Shown: one piece after another, positions 49,770 through 62,110 of the stretch
Layout: every line of letters starts with the position of its first letter
Position numbering within the stretch: position 1 is the stretch's first letter
Source of the DNA: Octopus bimaculoides
Taxonomy: Eukaryota
Length of the DNA: 64,000 nt
NCBI RefSeq assembly: GCF_001194135.2
Contig: NC_068983.1
Span: forward strand, 146,384,884-146,448,883
Direction: 5' to 3'
Notes under the pieces: model-generated
Databases searched by the model: none
Seen by the model: the letters and a program-made list of their open reading frames with translations, nothing else
Told to the model about the DNA's origin: nothing
Position numbers and translations under genes: made by a program

Positions 49770-50648
49770 TCCATTCTCACTGCCCTGTCAAGCCTCCCCT
49801 ATGGCTCATTCTCTGATACTCATCACTTCTTTATCTCTGATATTATTCTGTTACCATAATCTCCTGTCAGCAGAATAGGTACATACATCCCCTCCATTTT
49901 GTTGCCTTCCTCTACTCTCCTCTACCACAGAACCACTTCCATTCTTCATTATCCTCCTCCAGCCATGCTCTCTCTCTCTCTTTGCTATACTTCATCCATA
50001 ACACTTACCTCTTTTATTCCAATGCTGGCACATATCTAACATAACCTCTCCCACTAAGCTACTCTTATATTTCTCACCATTAATCATACAGTCACCTCTA
50101 TCTCATCTAACCATCTTTCCTCGTGTTCTTATGAAATTTTCTCCTCTCTCCCCTGCCCTGCCCATTCATCCAGTCTGATCCTCTGTACTGCTTCACCTAT
50201 ATTTGTCCCCGCACCCGTTCCTTGAGGGTATGTCCTGACACCCACCCACCACCACCATCTCTCTCACTCTCTCCATCTCTGTTTTTCTCTCCTTTCTCCA
50301 ACTGGGTTATCCTTTGTATTTCTTCTCCAAGACACCTATCGCTATCCCTCTCCATATTTTGTTCACTCATCAACTGGTGCAAAGCCACTTTACTCAATAC
50401 TGTTCCCCCTCCCAGTTGAGGGAGCTTTGTCTTTTCTTCCAGGTTACTTGGTGATCCCATTGGTGCTGGCACCTTGAAAAAAGCACCAAATACACTCTGT
50501 AAAGTGGTTGGTGTTAGAAAGGGCATCCAGCTGTAGAAACATGTCAAAACAGACAATAGAACTTGGCATAACCCTCTAGCTTGCTAGCTCTTGTCCAACT
50601 GTCCAACCCATGCCAGCATGGAAAAGGAAAGTTAAATGATGATGATAA
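49770..50648 (+). mobile_element. pyrimidine-rich body plus RTE-type tail
   Basis: CT-rich tract at 49770-50430, then tggttggtgttagaaagggcatccagctgtagaaac..catggaaaagg..(GAT)n. Confidence 0.7.
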
Positions 50649-50819
50649 CACTGAAGGAAAAATAGAATCAACCATATCTCAAAGCTATCTTACTTCAGTA
50701 TTTTAGTTACTATTTCTTAAAGCTGTTGATAGCACCTACAACATTTAATTCCTTTTTATGCATGTTATTATTTAATATATTTAAATTTTTTCAAACCAAG
50801 ACACCTGTTTCTTTGTCTT

Positions 50820-51118
50820 GCAAATTACTTGGTGCATCTGCTGGTGCTGGTGCCACATAAAAGGCATCCAGTCCACACAGTAAAGTGGTTGGTATTTGGA
50901 AAGGCATCTAGCTGAAAAAAAACATGCCAAAGCAGATCTCACTGATGCTGGTGCCATGTAAAAAGCACTCAGGCCCTTATAAAAGGAAGGGCATCCAGCT
51001 GCATAATCCATGCCAAAACAGACAGTAAAGCCTGGTGCAGTCTCCTGGGTTGCCAACTCCGGTCAAACTGTTGAACCCATGCCAGCATAGGAAACGGATG
51101 TTGAATGCTGATGATGAT
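50820..51118 (+). mobile_element. RTE 3' end with a duplicated tail segment
   Basis: gcatc(c/t)agctg appears twice; ends catgccagcatagg..gatgatgat. Confidence 0.7.
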
Positions 51119-51954
51119 TCTTTTGACTTTTAGACTCCTTTCACAATTTATGTCTGATTTGTAGACTTAAATAAATATTCTTTTGATTATATGTAAAACA
51201 TTTACTTTATAAAACAATGTTCAAGTTTACATCATGCTGATGGTATCCAGTCCAACCTGTTTCAAAAGCCATGATGTGTCAATATTCATCAATTCTGAAT
51301 AATTTTATGTTTTTTACATAAAACCAGAGCCTAACTGTGTTTTTCTGCCTTTCTGGACTGTTATCTCTTATCTATGTGCATATTCTTTTTTGGTTTGATG
51401 CAGCTCTCAGTCTTGATTTGAACTACTGCATTTAGATTTCCTATTTAGAACCACAGCTTGATTATATCACCATAAAAGGTATGACAGGTTCTTTGAGAGA
51501 GCAGAACATCCACATAAGTGTTTTCCAGCCAATCAGCACTGGCTGGTCAGTCAACAGCAGCAAACCATAAAGAAACATTGTGTATACTTCCTGCTAAATT
51601 ATATTTCAAAGGTTCTTGCTCAGGGTTATAAAAGTTGGTGATTTGAACTCCTGAGCAGAGCCAACTCAAATTCCTCACAGAACCTTGTCACTTTGTTCTG
51701 CAAGATGTTCTTTCATCACCTTTAACTTATCATATAATATATGCTGAAAATACATGTTTGATGAGGTAAAATTAAACTTGTGTTTAATGTCGACATACAT
51801 TCATCTAGCTTTATTTTCTGTTATTCCTATAGTAATAATGGATACATGTCCCATAACAGGTTTAACTGGAACATTCTCTTTATCTTACATATTGTAAAGT
51901 TTTAAGTATTACATCCTTACAGAAATATTTTTCAATTTTATATATTTTGTACAT

Positions 51955-52415
51955 AGGTGCATGGTGCAGGTATGACTGTGTGGTAAGAAGTTTGCTTCCC
52001 AACATACTTTCATGCTCAGTCCTACTGCATGGTACCCTGGACCAGTGTCTTCTGCTATAGTCATAAACTAACTAGAGCTTTGGGAGTGGATTTAGTTGGT
52101 GGAAACTGAAAGAAGTCTGTTATATATCTATCTGTATGTGTGTGAGTGCATGTTTGTGTATGCATGTGTGTGTTACTATCTCCTACCATGACATCATGTG
52201 ACAGTTATAAGCTAGTATCACTGCCGTTCAAGTGGTGTCTTTCATTTCCAGTCTTCTGTGGAAACATGGTTGTCATGGGTAAATATTACCTTGCTTGGAA
52301 ACAAGTAAGGGCTGAAGACAGGAAGGGTATCTGCCTGTGAAAACCTGCCCCAACAAATTCTGTCCAACTCATGCAGGCATGGAAAAGTGGATGCTAAAAC
52401 CATGATGTTGATAAT
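51955..52415 (+). mobile_element. near full-length CORE-type SINE (family B) with RTE-like tail
   Basis: Head gcaggtatgactgtgtggtaagaagtttgcttccc; body ggatttagttggtggaaactgaaagaagtc; tail aggaagggtatctgcc..catggaaaagtggatgctaaaa. Confidence 0.8.
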
Positions 52416-52697
52416 ATGTAAAATGCGACTCAAGTAAATAATATCTTTCAGAAGTTGATATATATCACCATATATCATTTTATTTACACAATGGATGTTG
52501 TGTGCTTGAACAGTTGAATGAAATATTTTAAGTAGAACAGCTGTCATTCTTGGACAATAGAAGAATGTCAATAACTGCTTGCTTTAGTTGCTATTGTCAT
52601 TGTTTATCAGCCTGACCATCCCATCTTTTGGAAACAGAGTTTCTACAACTAGTTTGTCCCATCTATTCTTCCTTTTAAAAGTCAATAGAATATGTTT

Positions 52698-54044
52698 AGC
52701 GAGATCGTTGCCGGTGCCCCTGGACTGGCTCATGTGCGGGCGACACATGAAATCTTTCGAGCGAGATCGTTGCCAGTGACCCTGGACTGGCTCTTGTGCG
52801 GGTGACACATGAAATGTTTTGAGCAGGATCGTTGCCAGTGCCCCTGGACTGGCTCATGTGCGGGCGACACATGAAATCTTTCGAGCGAGATCGTNNNNNN
52901 NNNNNNNNNNNNNNNNNNNNNNNNNNNNNNNNNNNNNNNNNNNNNNNNNNNNNNNNNNNNNNNNNNNNNNNNNNNNNNNNNNNNNNNNNNNNNNNNNNNN
53001 NNNNNNNNNNNNNNNNNNNNNNNNNNNNNNNNNNNNNNNNNNNNNNNNNNNNNNNNNNNNNNNNNNNNNNNNNNNNNNNNNNNNNNNNNNNNNNNNNNNN
53101 NNNNNNNNNNNNNNNNNNNNNNNNNNNNNNNNNNNNNNNNNNNNNNNNNNNNNNNNNNNNNNNNNNNNNNNNNNNNNNNNNNNNNNNNNNNNNNNNNNNN
53201 NNNNNNNNNNNNNNNNNNNNNNNNNNNNNNNNNNNNNNNNNNNNNNNNNNNNNNNNNNNNNNNNNNNNNNNNNNNNNNNNNNNNNNNNNNNNNNNNNNNN
53301 NNNNNNNNNNNNNNNNNNNNNNNNNNNNNNNNNNNNNNNNNNNNNNNNNNNNNNNNNNNNNNNNNNNNNNNNNNNNNNNNNNNNNNNNNNNNNNNNNNNN
53401 NNNNNNNNNNNNNNNNNNNNNNNNNNNNNNNNNNNNNNNNNNNNNNNNNNNNNNNNNNNNNNNNNNNNNNNNNNNNNNNNNNNNNNNNNNNNNNNNNNNN
53501 NNNNNNNNNNNNNNNNNNNNNNNNNNNNNNNNNNNNNNNNNNNNNNNNNNNNNNNNNNNNNNNNNNNNNNNNNNNNNNNNNNNNNNNNNNNNNNNNNNNN
53601 NNNNNNNNNNNNNNNNNNNNNNNNNNNNNNNNNNNNNNNNNNNNNNNNNNNNNNNGTGCCCCTGGACTGGCTCATGTGCGGGCGACACATGAAATCTTTC
53701 GAGCGAGATCGTTGCCAGTGACCCTGGACTGGCTCTTGTGCGGGTGACACATGAAATGTTTTGAGCAGGATCGTTGCCAGTGCCCCTGGACTGGCTCTTG
53801 TGCGGGTGGCACATAAAAGACACCATTTCGAGCGTGGCCGTTTTTGTGCGGGTGACACGTAAAAGCACCCACTACACTCTCTGAGTGGTTGGCGTTAGGA
53901 AGGGCATCTAGCTGTAGAAACTCTGCCAAATTGGATCAGAGCCTGGTGTTGCCATCCGGTTTCACCAGTCCTCAGTCAAATCGTCCAACCCATGCTAGCA
54001 TGGAAAGCGGACGTTAAACGACGATGATGATGATGATGATGATG
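52698..54044 (+). mobile_element. young RTE 3' end with a 62-bp minisatellite array (alternating A/B units) spanning a gap
   Basis: Unit starts at 52759, 52821, 52883, 53701 and 53763; (GAT)n tail near 54044. Confidence 0.9.
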
Positions 54045-54189
54045 AAAGTTTTTGGTTGCCATTTCTTGCATGTCAAATAACCATGTAAGATCTCTCTCAG
54101 CAGCTCATGTTCATTTATGTGTGTGTGTATGTACGTATGTATGTATGTATGTATGTATGTATGTATGTACACATATACGTATGTATTTG

Positions 54190-55550
54190 AATTTTAAGTT
54201 CTTGAGAGGGTTCGATACAACAAAACATTTTAAGTAAAGAAAGTTCTTAGTGTTTGTAAATATGAGGTTGAGTTGGTGTGTTGCTTGAACTGTCAATGCA
54301 TACACTCAAGTGTGTGCATCTATTCACATAAGAATCTCAGACAGAATTTTTAGAATGTCTTACAAAATGTTTACTGTGTCACTCATAGATTGGATTTGGA
54401 AAATCTGTGTCAATTTTTTTCTTTTTTTGTGCTTTCTCTGTGAAATCAAGTATTTCTAGATTTTTGTGCTAGTTTGTTGGTACATATAACCTAATGCACC
54501 TATGATGATAGGTACAAACAAGAATTCATAGTCAGGGTAAAAGAGCTTTAAGTTCTGCATTAATTCACCACAAATGTTCTCTTTTTCCTGGATTTTGATT
54601 GTACATTTACATCTGCTGGACAGCTGACCTTTATAATAGTGCATGATTTTTGTTCCCTGTCCCATATGCATGCCTGTATGTATGTATGTATGTATGTATG
54701 TATGTATGTATGTATGTATGTATGTATGCATGCATGCATGCATGTATGTATGTATGTATGTATGTATGTATGTATGTATGTATGTATGTTATCATTATTT
54801 AGTTTTAATTAAAAATTTCTTGCCAATAAAGAGCCAGTTTCTAACCAATTGCCAAGTCTTCATTGGAATTTCAACATCAGCAGGGTATTAGTGCATGTAT
54901 GTGTGTATGTATGCAGAATGTGGAGTCTGTGCATGTGTAAATTTGTATGTTTTGTTTTAAATATGTATTCTCATGCATATAGTTTCATGTCTAGATATGT
55001 ACCTATATACTTAAATGATAAACTTCTGGAAAATTTTACAAACTTTTATAGTTCCATTGATGGCTTGAATTTGTAGTCTTCAAGTTAGCTTTCTCCTTTC
55101 TAGTTGTGAAAGCTTAATTTCTCGCAATTGGTACTTAGGCAGTGTGTTATATATCCCAGGGCTCCAGTAATTACAGGTATAAATTTGAACTTGTAATCCA
55201 AGTAGAGTAACTATAAGTTTCTCGTTCTTTTTCACTGGTTTTTACCTTTATGTCTGTCTGTCTGTCTGTCAGTCTTTATTCAATTTTATTTTTAAGACTT
55301 TTGCCAATAGAGAAAGAGTCAGTTTTTAACCTAGATCCAAGGCTTCTTCATTGGAATTTCAACAACACCAACAGGATATTTTTGTATGAATGTATGTATA
55401 TGTGCAGATGTGTATGCTTTGTTTTATGTATGTATTCTCTAGACATGCCCATATATACTTAAATGATAAACTTCTGGAAAGTTTAACAGATTTTTACATT
55501 TCCAGTGATGGCTTGGTTCTGTAGTTTTTGAATCAGCTTTCTCCTTTCTG
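54190..55550 (-). pseudogene. three R4/Dong-like (RLE-endonuclease) retrotransposon 3' fragments
   Basis: QEKENICGELMQNLKLFYPDYEFLFVPIIIGALGY (54470-54640); DYKFKFIPVITGALGYI (about 55150-55205); RKLIQKLQNQAITGNVKIC (about 55490-55545). Confidence 0.7.
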
Positions 55551-56451
55551 GTTTTTTTTTAATGTGTGTGTTTATGTGTGTGTGAGAGAGAGAGCATGTG
55601 TGTGTGTGTGTGTGTGTGAGCATGCGTGTGTGGGTTTGGGTGGGTGGGTGCTTTGCAGAGATAAATGTATGCATAATATACAGTTGAATAGGCAATATAT
55701 GCCCATCACCCACTGTTGTTAAGTGACTGTCTAAAGCAACTGATAAGAAACCCAATAAGTCTGTTAATCAGAAAATGGTCTGGCATGTCTATATCAATAG
55801 CTTTTCCGGCAACGTTTTATCTCCTGTCTGTTATATGTTAATTTCGCCCATGTGATGCCAAATATAAGGTGCTTCTCTAAGTTAGTGTAGTGACTAACCA
55901 TCTCTATAATGATGAAGTATGTCATCTTTTTAATCCAGAAATGTTACATATAAAAGTTGCATGTCTCTGATGATTCAATATTATGCCTTGATTATGCAAT
56001 TTATAACAACTACCTCATGTTAATGAAATGTGTGTAAGATGGTATAACAAAATTTCTTAAAAGCAATCTTTCATGTTTTGTTTTGTTTCCTACATGTATT
56101 CTGAGTAACATTTAAATCTGGGTCTCTTAACAAAGGATATAGTTGTGATGCATAAACTGAAATAAACATGGAGTTTAAGTACTGGTTATTTGTTGCACAA
56201 TTTAAGTTTTAAATTGTATTAGATGAACCAACAACTATACATTGCCAACTCTCATCTGTCTCTGAGAAATATTGGACAGGAATAACACGACAGGTTTCTT
56301 TCAGATTCCATTGACCAAATTCATTCACTGAGTTTATAGCAGGATACACCTGCCCAAGGTGCCACATGGTGGATTTGAATCTGGAATCATGTAGTCAGGA
56401 GGCAAACTTCTTACGACATAACTATGTCTGTGCCTATATATATATATATAT

Positions 56452-57500
56452 AGGCTGGGCAAAGTTCAGAGAGCTCCTACTCCTGCTGGCAACAAAGGGA
56501 TCTCTCTCAGAGTGAAAGTGTTTGATACCAATGTGCAAACAGCTATGCTACATGGCAGTGAAACATAGGCTGTGACAGCCGAGGATATACATAAGATTGA
56601 AAGAAATGAGGCCAGTATGCTTCGCTGGATGTGCAATGTCAGTGTGTATGTTTGATAGAGTGTAAGCATCTTGAGAGAAAAGTTAAGCATAAGAGTTATC
56701 AGATGTGGTGTGCAAGAGAGACAACTATGCTGGTATGGTGATGGAATGCGTATGAATGAGGACAGCTGTGTAAAGAAGTGCTGATCTCTAACTATGGAGG
56801 GAACCTGTGTTAAAGGTAGACCCAGAAAAACATGGGATGATGTGGTGAAGCATGATCTTTGAACTTTGAACCTCACAGAGGCAATGACTAGTGACTGAGA
56901 CTTTGGCAATGTGCTGTGCTTGAGAGGACCTGGCAAGCCAAGTGCACCCATGCTGGTGTCACGTAAAGAACACCTTTCGAGTATTGGGCCCTACATGGCA
57001 AAGTGGCTGAGTTCCTTTCGAGCACTGGACCTCATGGAGGCTAAGTGGCTGAATTCCTTTTGAGCTTTAGGCATCGATGAGGCAAAGTAGGTGAGTTCCT
57101 TTCGAGCATTGGTCCTCATGGAGGCAAAGTGGCAGAGTTCCTTTCGAGTGTTGGGCCTCATGAAAGCAATGACCAAGACCTTTGGCATTATGTTGTGTTT
57201 GAGAAGAAGACCTATCAAGCTGAGCAAAATTATAGTCATGGCAGATACTAATATCACACAAATTGGCACCTGTGCTGGTGGCACATAAAAGTACCCCAGT
57301 GTCATGCAAATGGCACCCGTGTTGGTGACACGTAAAAGATCCCATTACACTCTTGGAGTGGTTGGTGTTAGGAAGGGCATCCAGCCTTAGAAACCATGCC
57401 TAATCATACTGGAGTCTAGTGCAGCCTTCAAGTGTGCCAGCCTGGCCAAACCATCCAACCTATGCCAGCATGGACAATGGACATTAAATGATGATGATAT
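56452..57500 (+). mobile_element. RTE 3' fragment with a 42-bp tandem amplification
   Basis: AWAKFRELL.. to tail; units cctttcgagcattggtcctcatggaggcaaagtggcagagtt at about 56973-57160. Confidence 0.85.
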
Positions 57501-57632
57501 ATTTATTCTTTTACTTGTTTCAATCATTTGACTGCAGCCATGCTGGAGGACTGCCTTAAAAGGCTTTTTAGTTGAAGAAATTGAATCATAACTTACTATT
57601 TGTAAGCCTAGTACTTATTCTATTGATATCAC

Positions 57633-57864
57633 ATCATCATCATCATCATCGTTTAACGTCTGCTTTCCATGCTAACATGGGTTGGACGATTTGACTGAGG
57701 ACTGGTGAATCGGATGGCTGCACCAGGCTCTAATCTGATCTGGCAGAGTTTCTACAGCATTCCCTATTTCTGGCGAGGATGTAGTCGATTTGGCTAGTGT
57801 GTCTGCCGGAACGGTAGGTGACTAGGTGACAGGCAGGTTTCCTGAAGTTGGTATTGCAAATCAT
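57633..57864 (-). mobile_element. young internally deleted RTE (endonuclease segment fused to the last 125 bp)
   Basis: MICNTNFRKPACHLVTYRSGRHTSQIDYILARNRE joins gctgtagaaactctgcc directly at about 57758. The other end is lost in a gap. Confidence 0.8.
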
Positions 57865-58599
57865 NNNNNNNNNNNNNNNNNNNNNNNNNNNNNNNNNNNN
57901 NNNNNNNNNNNNNNNNNNNNNNNNNATATATATATATATATATACATACATATACATATATATTTACACACACATTATACTCTATTTTAAATAAACTGAA
58001 AGGCAGCCCGTCCTTAACATGTTTAGTATACTAGAAATAGCAGTTATTAAACATACAAAATAACCACTATTCTGATCTTATATGTTGCAAAGGGGGGATA
58101 AAAAAGTCCTCTGTAGTATATTAGGAGGCAAGATTAATTGATGGCACCTGAAAACAAATTGAGGGAAAAAAATAACTCCGAGGTGGGGAAGGGAATTTCC
58201 GAGGTGCAAGTTGACCCACCAAAATTGTTTTGTCTGTCTGTCTGTCTGTATGTATGTATGTATGTTGACTAACTGCAGGTTTGCAAAGTTCTGGCAATGA
58301 AGCCGAAGAGAGTTGTTTCCCTTGTATAATATATTAGGAGGTTATGTATGTCTATATGCATATATGCATTTGTTTCGTAAACTACATGAGTATGTGACAT
58401 TGGCAAGTCGTAAAAACGACGAAATGTGCAGCACCTTGCTCTCGTGGTCATTTTCAGGAAAGTCTTTAGAGATTTTTTCTCAGAAGAAAACTGCAGCTTT
58501 TGGCTTTTCAACCATACTCATATATCAAGTATGTCATACATAAAGATATATATGTTTATGCATATATGTGCGATTCTGTGTGTGTACTTGTATATGTGT

Positions 58600-58880
58600 G
58601 TGTGTCTTCGCGTTGACACTACTTCAGTACTCTTTTACACGTTTCAGTATTGACTGCGGCCATACTGGAACACCGCCTTTAGCCGAAGAAATCGACTCCA
58701 GGCCTTATTCTTTGTAAGCCTAGTACTTATTCTATCCGTCTCTTTTGCCGANNNNNNNNNNACAAGGCTTTGGTCGGCCCGGGGTTATAGTAGAAGACAC
58801 TTGCCCAAGGTTTCACGCAGGGGTACTGAACCCAGAACCATGTGGTTGGGTATCAAGCTTCTGACCACACTGCCACGCCC
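58600..58880 (-). mobile_element. young CORE-type SINE (family B, contains a 10-N gap)
   Basis: acaaggctttggtcggcccggggttatagtagaagacacttgcccaagg; CpGs retained. Confidence 0.85.
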
Positions 58881-59196
58881 GTGGAGAAATTATTTATATC
58901 TTCTGTTAATAAAATGCCTGGCAACAGTTTGATGTATAAAGAATAGAATGCTTTACTTCTAAAACCATGTAAGGTTACATCTGGCTGTACAACGCTGCCT
59001 TAGAAGTCTTGTTCAACTTATACTGGTACGGATAAAGCAGACATAAAAACATTAATGATGATTATTAGGAAAAATATTAAGGGCACTAAAATAAAAACAA
59101 TAATAAAACTGAAGTGAAGAACGAATATATAGTGCGTATGTTTATTTGGCAAGTAAAAAAATGACTGTCCCGAAATATAACAGTATTAAGGATTAG

Positions 59197-59810
59197 GGAT
59201 CTTTTTTAAAACGGGGGCCACATTTTTCATTAACGAAACACTTTGAAACTTGGAACACTGGTAGAATGTGTCATATAAAACATCTTTTTCTCTTAGTCTT
59301 CTTAAAAAAAAAAAGAAATCCATAAATTATTCCATGTTAAAGTTGTCGTATTTCTGTAATTTCAACCAATCACTGACGTCCATTCAGCCGATATACATTA
59401 AGTGCCGACTACATAAACAAACGATTCTGAAACAATTAACCCTAACCCTAACCCTAACTCTAACCCTAAGCCTAACCCTAGGGTTAGGGTTAGGGTTAGG
59501 GTTAGAGTTAGGGTTAGGGTTAGAGTTAGGGTTAGGGTTAAAGCAAATTTAAAATGAAAAAAGCAAATAAAACGAAGAATCGTTTGTTTATGTAGTCGGC
59601 ACTTAATGTATATCGGCTGAATGGACGTCAGTGATTGGTTGAAATTATCGAAATAAGACAATTTTTTACATGAAATAAATTCGAATACAAAAATATTTTT
59701 CTGTTCTATAACACAAAATAGATAAGTATACGAAGTTTGAAAGTCTTTCGGTACCAAAAACACTACGTAAAACATTAATGAAAAATGTGGCCCTCGTTTA
59801 AAAAAGATCC
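59197..59810. mobile_element. Merlin-like telomeric-core MITE, copy 3 (opposite orientation, expanded core)
   Basis: Same TIRs; 7-bp flanking duplication GGATTAG; about 105 bp of (CCCTAA)n(TTAGGG)n at 59436-59541. Confidence 0.92.
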
Positions 59811-59939
59811 GGATTAGCTAATATTATTAACTGGCTGGCTAAATAAGGGAGATAACTGGGAAAACAATTCCATAGATAAATGTTACTCTTACTTTATAGT
59901 TGTTAGATTAGCAGTAAAAAGACATCTTCGTTGATTTAC

Positions 59940-60270
59940 CATGCTTGAATGGAGTTTATTTAGGCAGATTTTCTATGGCTGGATATCCTTCCTGTTGACA
60001 ACCCTTACCTTTTTCCAAGTAAGGTAATATTTCCCTACCGTCAGACATATTTTCATAGAATATTGGAAATGAATGACACAACAATCACATGAGGTCAAGA
60101 TAAAGAGACACAAACATACAAGATGCATGCACGCGTGTGCACACACGCACACATCAGGATGCTTCTTTCAATTTCTTTACAAGGCTTTGTTGGCCTGGGG
60201 CTATTGTTGAAGACACTTGACTAACCAAACTTGGAATTACGTGGTTGTGAAGCAAACTTCTTAACCCTAT
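59940..60270 (-). mobile_element. older CORE-type SINE
   Basis: ccatgcttg..ttttctatggctggatatccttcctg..aaggtaatatttcc; acaaggctttgttggcc. Confidence 0.7.
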
Positions 60271-60472
60271 ATCTAACAGTTAAAACCATGGTCCGCCAAA
60301 CGAACCATCCTGTCCCATAGTAAGTGAAGCTCCCCCATACAATGCAAATATTGGTCAGTGTAAGTTATGTTTAAAAGAATCATTAACCATTCTTTGCCTT
60401 CACAACTCGTCGTTACTCAATAGATTCTCTGATGTTATTTATTCTTGTAAACATTTATTTTGCCTACACCTT

Positions 60473-62110
60473 CATCATCATCATCATCGTTTAACGTCCG
60501 CTTTCCATGCTAGCATGGGTTGGACGATTTGACTGAGGACCGGTGAAACCAGATGGCCACACCAGGCTCCAATCTGATTTGGCAGAGTTTCTACAGCTGG
60601 ATGCCCTTCCTAACGCCAACCACTCAGAGAGTGTAGTGGGTGCTTTTACGTGCCACCGGCACGAAGGCCAGTCAGGGGGTTCTGGCAACGGCCACGCTCG
60701 AAATGGTGTATTTTACGTGTCACCTGCACAGGAGCCAGTCCAGCAGGACTGGCAACGAACTCGCTCGAATGTCTTTTCACGTGCCACTGGCACAAGTGCC
60801 GTTGGTAACGGTCATGCTCAATTGGTGCTATTTATGATTTTGGTCTATCCCTGGCTCTGGCAGAGGCCTTGGATTTTGGTCTCACTTGGCTTGCTTGGTC
60901 TTCTCACGTGCAGCATATTTCCAAAGGTCTCGGTCAGAAGTTATTGCCTCGGCGAGGCCTAAAGTTCGGAGGTCGTGCTTCACCACCTCATCCCAGGTCT
61001 TCCTGGGCCTGCCTCTTTCACGGGTTCCCTCAACCGCTAGGGTGTGGCACTTTTTCACACAGCTATCATCATCCATTCTCGCCACATGTCCATACCAGCG
61101 CAGTTGTCTCTCTTGCACACCACAACTGATGCTTCTTAGGTTCAACTTTTCTCTCAAGATACTTACACTCTGTCGGGTATGCACACTGACATTACTCATC
61201 CATCGGAGCATACTGGCTTCATTCCTTGCAAGCTTACGCATGTCCTCAGCAGTCAAGGCCCATGTTTCACTGCCATGTAGCATGGCTGTTCATACACANN
61301 NNNNNNNNNNNNNNNNNNNNNNNNNNNNNNNNNNNNNNNNNNNNNNNNNNNNNNNNNNNNNNNNNNNNNNNNNNNNNNNNNNNNNNNNNNNNNNNNNNNN
61401 NNNNNNNNNNNNNNNNNNNNNNNNNNNNNNNNNNNNNNNNNNNNNNNNNNNNNNNNNNNNNNNNNNNNNNNNNNNNNNNNNNNNNNNNNNNNNNNNNNNN
61501 NNNNNNNNNNNNNNNNNNNNNNNNNNNNNNNNNNNNNNNNNNNNNNNNNNNNNNNNNNNNNNNNNNNNNNNNNNNNNNNNNNNNNNNNNNNNNNNNNNNN
61601 NNNNNNNNNNNNNNNNNNNNNNNNNNNNNNNNNNNNNNNNNNNNNNNNNNNNNNNNNNNNNNNNNNNNNNNNNNNNNNNNNNNNNNNNNNNNNNNNNNNN
61701 NNNNNNNNNNNNNNNNNNNNNNNNNNNNNNNNNNNNNNNNNNNNNNNNNNNNNNNNNNNNNNNNNNNNNNNNNNNNNNNNNNNNNNNNNNNNNNNNNNNN
61801 NNNNNNNNNNATCAGCATAGAGGAGCTCCCAGGGGCAACCTGTCTTGAATTCCTCTGTTATCGCCTGGAGGACAATGATAAATTGGAGGGGGCTGAGGAC
61901 AGAACCTTGGTGGACCCCTACCTCTACCCAGAATTCTTCATTGTACTCGTTGCCAACCCTCACCTTACTGACAGTGTCCCTGTACATGGCTTGCACAGCT
62001 CTCACTAACCACTCATCTATCCCTAGTTTCCTCATTGACCACCAGATAAGGGGATCGGGGGACCTTGTCAAAGGCTTTCTCCATGTCAACGAAAGCCAGG
62101 TACAGAGGTT
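60473..62110 (-). pseudogene. young 5'-truncated RTE (RT to tail, with a gap)
   Basis: WWSMRKLGIDEWLVRAVQAMY..GVHQGSVLSP..LLYAD; LHGSETWALTAEDMRKLARNE..GRPRKTWDEVVK. The C-terminal frame is still open. Confidence 0.93.

Noticed and set aside
51380-51720. Possible exons of a second gene (for example the 30-nt ag|AACCACAGCTTGATTATATCACCATAAAAG|gtatga)
   Set aside because: No recognisable protein and no partner exons; could be a LINE relic or chance.
52698-53830. CRISPR-like regular repeats (also 19600-19990)
   Set aside because: Contiguous tandem units with no unique spacers and no cas genes, inside a eukaryotic LINE 3'UTR.
54456-54891. His/Thr/Tyr/Ile-rich and Met/Tyr/Val/Cys-rich ORFs
   Set aside because: Translations of (TATG)n; only the adjoining RLE fragment is real.
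59436-59541. True telomere or chromosome fusion scar
   Set aside because: Short, inside a TIR element with a TSD, and oriented opposite to an end-to-end fusion.
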